Positions 1 to 10,329 of a DNA stretch of 64,000 nucleotides are shown here, in pieces (position 1 is the stretch's first letter; each line of letters begins with the position of its first letter). Source of the stretch: Neodothiora populina (taxonomy: Eukaryota); assembly GCF_041146345.1 (NCBI RefSeq), contig NW_027191417.1, positions 186,001 to 250,000 on the forward strand. The letters run 5' to 3'. The notes below the pieces were generated by a model. It searched no databases and was not told the origin of the DNA. It saw only the letters and a program-made list of their open reading frames with translations. A program made the translations under genes and the position numbers.

Positions 1-422
1 ACTTATAATAGGAAACACATTCTCGATGGAAGTGAAGACAAAACAGTGATTGCACCGCACCAAAAGGTTTGGAAATGAAGAAAAGAGAAACGGAAATGGT
101 CATCTATCCTCTTCTTTCTTCGTGTCGACGCCTGGTCAGCTTGTGATCTGAGAAGCAGAAGCAGAAGCAGAAGAACAAAAAGAAGAAAATCTGTATACAA
201 CAGAGTTCAATCTGGAAAAGAAACAAAGAAGCAAGGAAAGAAAAAGGTTTCGTTCCCTTGCGCTGCGTGCATGACCCCCGTGTATCGCCCATGGTTCTCA
301 TCATTGCCGTTCGCTGATCTGTCATTTTCTCCTGTCCTGTGGCATGGCCCAGCAGTCCAAGTCGGTCAGTAAGTCACTTTTGCTTGCATCAGCGGTGCGT
401 GGGGTTGTGGTGAGAAAACAGA

Positions 423-1856
423 TCAGTAAACGCTCTCGTCTCTGACGTCCAGACTCATGGCGCCACTGGGTCTACGAAGCAGCGACGGACTGCCCAGCGG
501 CGATCCACTGACGCTCTCGTTCCTGCCGTGGCCGAGCGCGCCACTGCGCACGCTGCCCTCGTAGCCCCTGAGACTGGCGCCGTCGAAATTCAGTAGACTT
601 CGACCGTCCGCGCCACCGCCTTGGAGGTGTACGCTACGCACGCTGCGGCCGTCGGCGTTGTTCGAGTGGTTGTTGTTGGCGGCAGCCTTGTGGCTGCTTG
701 CGTAGAATGAATTGCGCTCACTCACCAGAGCAGGAGCCGAGACGCCCTGATTGGTATACACGCTTGCTCGTTCGTCACGAAGTAGATTATTCGGACGCGG
801 CGCTGACGTGGGCTCGGCGGGAGCAGAGGTTATGTAGTTGCTGTTGTTGTTACCGCCGCCTCCACTGAGTACAGAAAGCGGAAGGGATTCGCGGCTGTCG
901 CCCCAGACACTACGAGGAGCCATGGCGCGCACAGAGGCATCAGTGTCCATCGAACGACGACGACGCTTGGATGAGCTCGCAAGTGTCAGGATGGAAGCGT
1001 TATCGGTAAGGAGGTTATGGGCTGTGGCAGAAAAGTAGGTCGTGGGTTGGTGCGGCTGCTGAGAGGCGGTCTGGAGATGAGAAGGAATGGCCGAGGCGGC
1101 GACAGGGTACTGGTGAGAGAAGTGGACAGGCGGAGTGGAGTGGGCAGTGGGACTACTATTGGTTTGAGGATTGGACGTCGGGTTGGGATTGGTGGGATTC
1201 AAAGCGTTGCTCGACTGAATGGTGGTAAGCGTCGTCGTCAAGGAACGAGTAGACTGATTGGGAGAAGAGAAAGTGCTGTTGGCACCGGCGCCATCGATGC
1301 TGCTGAGTGCACCACCAGCGGTAGTACCAGTGAGGGCACGAGAATACCCAGCGTCCGAGTGTATTGTGCCCGGCTGGGTTTCGACTGTGGGCGCGTTCGA
1401 TCTACTTCGGTGATACATGTCTACGTCGTGGCCGTGACCGTGGCCGTGAGTGTCTTCGCCGTCCTCATCTCCCTCTAATCGACTCTCGGGGAGTGACGAA
1501 TAACTGCCTCGACTGCTGTCCTGCTCGTGGTGTTGCCGACTGGGTGGAGTGACGTATCCGTCCGTGTTCGAGTGCGATGAGTCCGATGGTCTGTAGTCGG
1601 CGCGCCCTGATTGCGGATATGGGTTGTTGTTCTTGGATGCCTTCTTCGACTTCTTGCTCAACGGGTCTTTTGGGCTGTTGTGCGATTTGTTAAGGTTGGT
1701 CACGCGCTTGAGCCATGATGCGAATGGTCGTTTGTGTCCGATACGCTCTGCCACATGCACTACGTTAATTGCTTGGTCTCGAATGCGCCCGACTGTTCTT
1801 CAAACGAATACGACCGACATACCGGAAGGGCGAGGAGCAACATCTGCCGCTGCCAT
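423..1856 (-). CDS. Conserved fungal Ser/Asn-rich, largely disordered hypothetical protein; exons 1856-1823, 1759-423
   Basis: 445-codon ORF. The upstream ATG (1856) joins in frame through a GTATGT...TTAAC..TAG intron (1822-1760). Conserved-looking blocks are TDNASILTLASSSKRRRRSMDTDASVRA and SRESLPLSVLS. Confidence 0.8.
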
Positions 1857-2375
1857 GGTAGAGCAGGAGTCTGACCCTATCTAGACTGCGGCTGAGGGTA
1901 CTGCAGGAGCGGTGGTTCTCTCGAACGGCGTGGTTGGCAATGGGAGAAAGAGAGCGTGATGTATTAGATAGGCAGGCTTGGCTATGCTGCTGTTGATGCC
2001 TGAATTGAAGTGGGCGTCTGCGATAGCTTACGGTTCGATGGGTTATGCGAAGCGGTGAATGCGAGGAGGCAAGCTTGAATAAGGTATACAATACAAGTAA
2101 CACGGGAGAAGGACAAGGAATGACGATGTGTGCCCAGCCTGCAAAAGCACCCGTGCGGCAGTTCAACACGAAATATGACAGGAGAGAAGGATGATTTTCT
2201 TTCTTGGTTGTTCTGGGAGGTGGTTGGAACAAAGGGAGGTTGGATGGTGGAGAAATGCGACGACGGGGAGTGACTGGCTTACGCTGTACTGTAAATATAG
2301 TATCATCAAAAGGTTCAAAAGGCAAGGTAGACGACCACGACCACTACCTACATCAAATCAAAGTAAAAGCAAAGG

Positions 2376-2402
2376 GCGAAAGCGAAAGCGAAAGCGAAAG
2401 CG
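2376..2402. repeat. (GCGAAA)n hexanucleotide microsatellite
   Basis: About 4.5 perfect copies read directly. Confidence 0.9.
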
Positions 2403-3338
2403 AGAGCTGTGTGTTGTGTCCAACGAACCGTCCAACGGTCCCCGTACTGCGTACATGACCTACAGTACAAGTACACTATCATCGTTCCACCCTTGTAGAT
2501 GATAGACTACCTACCTTACACTGCACAACAATGGAAACCATCCCTGCCAGAACCGACCCGTTACTCTAAAGATGCCGCACTGTAAGCGACCCTTTCCCAT
2601 CCCCCCGCGTTTCGTAATCATTCCCTGCAGATTATTCTCCGTCCAGCCAATCGTCGTTTGCTCTCGCCATAAACTCGCAGATAGGGATGACGTTGCCACC
2701 GGTTCTGACAGCAGCCCGCCGTGGGCCCTCCCTTTTCTCCCCACCCGCCGAAATGAGCTTTTCTGAAACCTCGAGGGCCCGTGTAGTGTACAAACTCTCT
2801 ATGCTGCTCCTACAGCATGATGAGTGATCCTACATACGCGAATTCGAAGTGCTGGACGATCCTCGTAACGATGATTCTCTTGGCACCCTGCGGCGACGAT
2901 GAAACACGATCGACAAACTGAACGTCTTTCTGCCGTACGATGCTTTCGCTTGAAGCTGAATGCTCAGTTTGTGGTTTGATCTACCAATCGCTCGCTACTT
3001 CATCGTACTGCTCTTGACACAATCTAATACTGAACACATCCTAGTCGCCAGACCATGTAGTAAGTAAGTGTACAAAACCGAAGAACCTGGAGTCAGCTCC
3101 TGTATGCAGTGACAACTTGATCTACTGCATGTCCGCTCAACGGACAGGGTCGCCCATTTCCACGTCGAGCGTTCGCCAAACTTTACTGCGATTCAAGCCC
3201 TACAAGTAGGTATTCATCCGCCGACTTGGTAAGGGATCAGCACCCTGGCCTCCGACCACACATGTGCTGAGGTGTTTGTTCCACTTTTAGGAATCGGTAT
3301 TTATTCTGGCACCGTGTCTAGTCGGTGTGTGCTTCATT

Positions 3339-5326
3339 TCACTTTGCTTGATGAAACCTCAACAATTCCTCGGCCATGACCAAACGTGCCCGTCGCTCGC
3401 CAGGCTCGCCATTGCTCTTCTGTTGCTTTTTCATGAAAGTGTTCCATAACACGCTTCTCTCAACTTCTCCATCCAAGTCTATACGCTCGGGACTGATGAT
3501 CTTCATTGCTTTCCGCTCCGGCGTGGCCCATACCCAAAACATCATTCGCTTATCCTTGTCCCCTGACACATAAAATGGTGCGCCAATGCCGAATGGTATT
3601 TGAGACGGAAGAGGTGTATATAATTCTCCGCCACGCTGGACGAGCGTGCGGTAGTGGCGTCCACAATTGCCCCAACTTTTAAACACAAAGACAGCTTGTT
3701 CTGGACCACTGCCTTCCTTGGTCGCATCTTCAGCGAGAGCATGAGCGACAGGTGTTAGAAGACCACTATCGGACACCGAGACTTGGTTTCTAGGATCTAG
3801 AAAGTCGTCGATAGTCCACTCCGTCCAGTCAATATGCCTGCGGCTAAATTCCGACTCCACTTCGAGGTCTGCTGCCACTTCTGAATCCGCGACTTCGGAT
3901 TTGCGATTGCTATCAACATTGTTCGTGAAAGACTCACCAAACGTATTGCTATGTGGGTAGTCTTTGGTTGTCCTGCGTAAATCATCAGTCGAGTGGCCGC
4001 CGATGACATTCCTTGGATACAACTACATCTGGGGATCGGCTGAGATACGGACGCCGTGATCGATCAAGTTCTGGTGCAGACTGCTTGCTTGGACTTTGGT
4101 CTTGCCCTCCATGGTGATGAATTCGGGAGATGCTATCGTGTCGTTTGCAGCTTTGAAGAAGATGCGCCTCTCGGGATCGTCTTTGACCACAATGGGTATT
4201 GCAAGTTTCGTAGATTGTTTACTGCTGTCTTCGGGTCCATCCAAGCCAAGGGCGAACAAGGAGTGGTGATGACGGTTGAGTTCCTGAAAGTCGTGGGTTT
4301 TATTCTTCCAGCCTTGAAAAGTGACTCGCGAGTTTTGTGAGCCATGTGCGATACGAACATCGTTTGACCAAGTACGTCCCAAGACGCGGTCGCGAAGCTC
4401 CATCTCGTCGGCCGTCCAGTCATGCCACATGATCATTCGGTCCTCGGGCTGGATTTTAGCTGCGTGCCGCAACGAGGAAGGAATTTTTCCCGTCATCATT
4501 GCACGCTGTTCATCTTCCTGGGCAAAAGCACCAGTCAAGATATTGCGCTCCAGCATCTCGGCTCCAAGAGGACCGACAAATTGAAGCAGCGATTCCGGCG
4601 TGGCATGATCTAGGCTTGGAATATCCAGACCAGGTTCAGGAGTCTGATCGACAATTCGGCCTTGATCAAAGTGCTTAGGATGTAAGGTCTGCAGCGTCAC
4701 ACCAGTCTTGTTCAGCCGATTCAGCAGGGTATGGTGCAGGGGCGCCGGTCCACGAAGACTATAGCATCACAATCAGAGCATGTTCTGTAGGGAAAGAACA
4801 CAACTTCATACTCAGGCAACATGGATGGATGAACATTAAGACCACCATATTTCGCATTGTTGAGTATGCGAGGTGGGACTAGCAAGCCGAAAGAAACCGC
4901 AACGACAAGATTGATCGGCTCATCGCTAGGTCGAGGAGGTGACCATCGAGTAAAAGTGTCAATCTGATGTATGGGCAGTCCTAGCTCCTCCAGAGCTACT
5001 CTCTTTATTGGTACTGATGCGAGAGCTCAGCGAATGCAGAGGACAACAAGATCTAGATCTAAGTGATTACCTTCTTGGATCTTTTTCAAGCCGCGACCTA
5101 CTCGCTTGTCTGGTTTACAGACGACATCTATCGAGGCAACCTTCTCGGGAAACTTCAATCTGACATCGTTTAGTGCTCTGAGGGAGTAGATGCTAAACTG
5201 GTCTGCTCCGCAGAATAGTACTCTCAGAGGATCGTGTATTGCACCGCTGGACCATCGTTTACCAGAGATCGAGCGGGTGCATGACAGGAAACGGCGACTG
5301 CGCGGTCCTGCAGTAGAGCACAGCAT
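3339..5326 (-). CDS. FMT1: Mitochondrial methionyl-tRNA formyltransferase. Exons 5326-5071, 5013-4812, 4758-4023 give a short form of ~397 aa; 4758-4027 plus 3972-3339 give a long form of ~607 aa
   Basis: Arg/Ser-rich presequence MLCSTAGPRSRRFLSC, then LRVLFCG, DKRVGRG, VAVSFG, the catalytic LNVHPSMLP-DLRGPAPL motif and GVTLQTLHPKHFDQG. Introns restore the frame. The last exon is inferred (see findings). Confidence 0.9.
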
Positions 5327-5477
5327 CACATTACCTACTGCCAGACTGGATACGGAGTAGAGGACACTTGCAGTGGAGGATGAATGCCAAGAGGATGCAA
5401 GCAGAGAGAGAGGTCGATGAGAGTCAAGTTTAGACGGCGTCATCACGTGAGCCTTTCCTCAACGCTCGGACCAACAC

Positions 5478-5545
5478 TTCGCTTAGCACAATTTCTGCGA
5501 AAATCGCCAGAATCGGCGGAAAAGCCAAGTCTGCGACTTTTGACG
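5478..5545 (+). promoter_or_regulatory. Putative ribosomal-protein promoter elements TTCGCTTAGCACAATT (5478-5493) and CGACTTTTGACG (5534-5545) in the FMT1/RPL31 divergent promoter
   Basis: Near-identical copies of both occur upstream of RPS23 (51258-51342). Confidence 0.55.
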
Positions 5546-5635
5546 ATTTGTGTGCCTCTTTAGACGACTTTCCTTCTCTCCCATCAACGCCCAGCGATCC
5601 ATCCAGAGTTCTTCTTTCGTCAACTCACCGTCGCC

Positions 5636-6220
5636 ATGTCCAACGTCAAGACCCAGAAGCCCAAGGCCGGCCGCAGCGCCATCTCCGATGTCGTCGCTCG
5701 CGAGTACACCATCCACCTCCACAAGCGTGTATGTAGCTCAGTTTGATGAAGTCCATCAATGGTCGGGCTGTGTATCTGAAAAGAAAAGACCAGCTGGCAT
5801 CGGACGGAAGACTGATTAGAATGTGATTGAATAAAGGTCCACGGTGTTTCCTTCAAGAAGAGAGCTCCTCGCGCCATCAAGGAGATCAAGGACTTTGCCG
5901 AGAAGGCTATGGTATGTTTCTTATTTTTCTTTTCTGCTTGACCACCTTACCATCCTGTTCGCGCACCCCCAAGCAGCGCAGTGAACTGACCTTCTCTTCT
6001 TTCTCTCTCACAGGGCACCCGCGACGTCCGCCTCGACCCCCAGCTCAACAAGAAGGTCTGGGAGGCCGGCATCAAGGGCGTTCCTTTCCGCCTCCGCGTG
6101 CGCATCTCGCGCAAGCGTAACGACGAGGAGGACGCCAAGGAGAAGCTCTACTCCTACGTCCAGGCCGTCAACGTCAAGAACCCCAAGGGTCTCCAGACCG
6201 CCGTCGTCGAGGACGCTTAA
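5636..6220 (+). CDS. RPL31: 60S ribosomal protein L31 (eL31); exons 5636-5728, 5837-5911, 6014-6220
   Basis: Spliced translation [32 protein letters not shown]...DVRLDPQLNKKVWEAGIKGVPFRLRVRISRKRND; GTATGT donors; strong codon bias. Confidence 0.98.
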
Positions 6221-6727
6221 GCGATTTGATCTGCAAATCAAGTTCGACTTTTTAGAATCTGGGGAGGGCGTTGAGAAAGGACAAGAAAAAACAAAAGCAC
6301 CAACAGTGGAGCAAAGGCTCGTGTCGTCGCACATCTTGGTAGTGATGGCCGAATCTCACTCCATATGAAACAGGGGTCAGAAATGGTCGGAATGTTTGCG
6401 AAAAAGGGAGACTCGTTTTTTCCTGAGCGGCGGTTGCGTTAAAAACAATTGTTTTGACTGGTGGCTCGAAAAAACCGGAAAGATTTTGACGAGTCGCCAG
6501 CGACAGTACGATGGGAGTTCAATGATGACGGAAATTCTCAAGTTTCGAGCGCAACATGACGATATTCTGCTGCTGCGTTGAGATACCACAAAATATACCA
6601 CTTTTTCGACCCTTGTATACATGTTCACTTTTTTTTATACTTTTCTTTTCCCCAAATCACTTGACTTTTGCTCTTTGTATGTGTTCATGTCGTATTCTTT
6701 GATTGTTCATGTCTGCCTAATTTTTTA

Positions 6728-8838
6728 TCACTCATAAACCCCTTCTGCGAATTTATCCTCATTCCAGAATCCCGACTTGACGAGCCTGCCGTTGCCCAAA
6801 AAGTCCTGACCCTGGCTGGCTTGGACGGCGCGGTAGGCGCTCAGCGCGCTCGTGAACTTGACAAAGACCGGTGCGTCGTTTTCGTCTTGTTGCTGCTCCG
6901 TCGTCGACGAAGAGGCGTTGTCACGGTGAATGTAAAGCCGCTCGACGTGGCCGTATTCAGCCATCTTCTCGCCCATTCTCTGCATGAGATCGCCGTCCAT
7001 CATCTCGGCGTCAATGTCTAAGCCCTTGAGCATACCCTCGAACCGAGCGACGATGCTCCAGGCGTCCGAGTCATTGTCATCCTCTTGTTGGCCCTCGATC
7101 TTGCGCTTCTTGCCTCCGACGATGCGACCGATGGCTGGACCGGCGAAACCGCCACCTTCGGCATCGGCTTTTTTCTTGCGTTTCTGCGTCTGATGCTGTA
7201 GGATCGTGGTTATGCCTGAGTTGTCTGCTCCGAGTCCTTGGCCTTCTTTCCAGCCGTACTTTTGTAGCAGGCGGCGCGCAAAGCCGGGCTGACCTGACAC
7301 CTTGCTGCGGGGCTGTTCGTCTCTTTCTGGCGATTCGGTGGCCACATTGCTGGCAGCTTCAGCCGCTGATGATGCCGAGCCTAGCCCTCCTCGTTGTGTT
7401 GGTTCCTCTGCGTTCTCTGGTGTCGGTGCAGGTTGGCTGAACATGACTGGGGCGCGAGAGATGACCGGGCCCGACTGAGATTGCGGCGGCGGTACTGGGT
7501 CAGCAGGGGAAGGTGCAGGCGGCGTAGGTGTCGTCGCCGGTAGCAGATGTGCAGGCGTCTGGGCGTGTATGAAGTGCGGTGGAGGGGGACCAGGCATGCC
7601 GGGAGGTGGTGGCGGAATGGGCATGCCTTGGGGCGGTATAGGAGGGAACATGCCGGGGGCCGGTGGTGGAAAGGACATTCCAGGTATGGGGAATGGCATG
7701 CCCGGTGGTGGCGGAGGAAATCCCCCTGGCGGAAGTTGCCAGGGCGAAGGTGGTATAGGCAAGCCTTGCGCCGCTGCCAGGTGTTGTAGGTGGGGTAGAA
7801 ATGGCGGGAGCTGACCAGTGGGCGGTGGGGGAATCTGAGGCACACCATGCATAAAAGAAGGTTGATTCGAGGGCGCGACCGGTGGAGTGGGAGCAGCCGG
7901 CGGAGGCTCATAGTCATCGTCGCCATCCCCAGCAGAATCAAACGACGCTGGTGGAGGGGCTCTATTGTATGAGGTGGTCTGCTCTTGACGATCGCTAACA
8001 GGCTCGTAGCTGGCGGGAGGAGCAAAGGAGGCTGGTGAATTAGTTAGCAACTTCTCGTGGGGAGGGGACCAGGGTGCGATCTCACGTAGTGCTGGCGCTG
8101 CCGCAGGTGCTACAGCGGCGATGGGAGGAGGAGGGACTGCTGCTGCTGCTGCTGCCGCCGCAGCCTGGGCTTCTTGATTCCTCTTGTACTTCTCGTGTGC
8201 GTGCAGCCTCTGCTTCCACTCGTACTTGGCGTCAATCTCTTCGAGACTGCCGTGGTACAGTTCCAGTCGTATGGGTTGCTCGGGATTGTAGATGGCGTTC
8301 CAGTCTTGCTCTACGACTTCGTGGTGCTGGTTCTTCTTCTTGTTGCGACGCTTCTTGGATTCCCTCGCGCGTTCCTTCTCCAGCTGCTTGTGACGCTCGA
8401 ACTCGGAGATGTATTGGTTGTCGGCCTCTGGGTTGATCCAGTCCAGGATCGCGTCACCACTGGGGGCATCATTGGCAGACGCAGACTGATGTGATGCCGA
8501 GGCCGTGTCTGATGGATTTGATTGCTTGTCCGGCGAGGCTGAATGCGCAGAGGGCAGCGATGGTCTCGGTCGGGCTTTGAATTGAGCCTGAGGATTGGGT
8601 CTCTTGATCGAGGGTTGGAAGCGTAGAGCAGCTATATGGGCAAGAACAGAACAGTGAGCTTTCTTTTGTCCAACAATCATCAGCCGGCAAATGCTAAGGT
8701 ACCATCGGGTGCTTTCTTTTCTTCTTTGCTTTCATCTTCGGCTTTCTTGAAGCTGTACTTGACAGGCTCACTCGAAATTGTCGCCGGCGCTGGCGCTGTG
8801 GGATCCTTCTTCTTGAGAAGGTTGGCGTAGAGAGACAT
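6728..8838 (-). CDS. G-patch + RRM/UHM splicing factor, SPF45/RBM17 (DRT111)-like; exons 8838-8703, 8631-8086, 8031-6728
   Basis: N-terminal MSLYANLL, Pro-rich middle, G-patch FARRLLQKYGWKEGQGLGADNSGI, and C-terminal UHM with EYGHVER, VFVKF and FLGNGRLV. Confidence 0.88.
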
Positions 8839-10329
8839 CTCTAATGCCCACTCAGTTGCACCGGCGCGAATGCTATTATGAAGTGACCGTCAGTAACAAA
8901 AACCCAGTGTTCAGTGAGATGGCCCCCAAGCAGCAGGCAGGCAGGCAGGCAGGCAGCAACGGCAGTTGCAGTGGTGGTGGCTGTCGTATACTCTGTAGGT
9001 ATGTGTATACAGAAATAGAAGGTACAGTATCTGTACTTTTGTATACCATATCTACAGCAGCCTGAATTCACTTTCAGCTTCACTGTCTGGCTTCTCTACC
9101 TCCATAGGAACGCGACATTGTGGAGAACGCCATGACCACTGAGCGACCCTGGGCAAACCACTGCTTTATTGTGGTGTGCATCTCCCAGCAAATCCTCCCC
9201 CCTCATATCGGAGCCTGAGTCAACAGCGAATTGGTGGGATTTCCATGAGCACCTGAATTATATTGGCGTTACCTACAGATGTAAAGAGCAAAGTCGGGCC
9301 CGACTACTCGGGTATCCAGTGTGTTTCACGACATCTTCTATGACCTGTTTGTAGTCAGATCAGCTAAATCCATCAAGTTAACAGATAACCACTTAGATCA
9401 AGACTTCGACGTCTTCAAAGACTTGGATTATGTCTCGCGCGATAGATTATTGCACAGCGCCACCAACTCTGCTTTCTGCCCAAGCACGGCGCCGCAAGCT
9501 CTTGGTATCACTTATCCAAATTGCTTGTGTAGTGACTTGCAACGTGGGTCTGACATGTATCGTTGCTCTTGATAGCAATGTAACATACACGGCCACGGGT
9601 ACGAGTACTTGTACCCTGATTCCAGGCTGTAGCAGATCTTGACATTGAGATGTCCAAGCCAAATTCGTGTTTCTGTGCAGGCAAACGTCAGCTATGCACG
9701 ATGGATGCAGGCATACTCCTGCAGTTCAATCAGCACACCGCTTAGACAGCCCCTTACTTGCGCTGCTGAGATGGCTGTATGAGTCTTGTTCACGCATCCA
9801 GTTGATACTTGTAGTGAGCGTTCGGCAGGCTCTATACCACCACCTTTCTCCAAAGATCCCTTCGCGGATCCGCCGATACTATGGATCCATTCCGCGGGTC
9901 AACATCTAGTGGATCTGACTCGTTATAGGCGCCGCTTGCCCAAAGGGGTCAAGTACAGCCTTTTGGATAAGATCAATTTGCGGGGTTATGCGACCATGGC
10001 AGCCACAGCTCCTTCGGTCGAGGTACTGTACAGAACCTGGCGCTGCTCCGCACATCGGCGCCGTAGAGTCACATTCTTTTTTAATGTCTTTTTACCGGCC
10101 TCGGTAGTACGCGACTATGTACGACTCATCTGTAATGGCACAAAATGAGCATTCCTCTCCTTGCTCTTCACCTCCGTACACTTAATTTATCATCTTTCTT
10201 CCTTTCACCAGGTGATCAACTGTGGTTCCTCTTGTGATCTTGGACAGCAGTAGCTGCATATCGTGGGGACGGCTACCATACTCGAAGCTACTCGAACTTA
10301 CATTACCTTTACCATTGCCACTGTCCGTT

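Noticed and set aside
5727..5836. GTGTATGT at the RPL31 exon/intron junction suggesting a [D2,3] stwintron
   Set aside because: The external intron would be under 20 nt and the product out of frame; a single intron explains the protein.
6520..6582. Box C-like ATGATGA downstream of RPL31 (other C-box-like hits at ~2817 and ~29365 on the - strand)
   Set aside because: No suitable D box with terminal stem, or no recognisable rRNA-complementary guide.
9169..9572. Short ORF containing HDIFYDLFVV, reminiscent of the LtrA-family ELFFDL motif
   Set aside because: One short motif with no downstream transmembrane segments or consistent exon structure.
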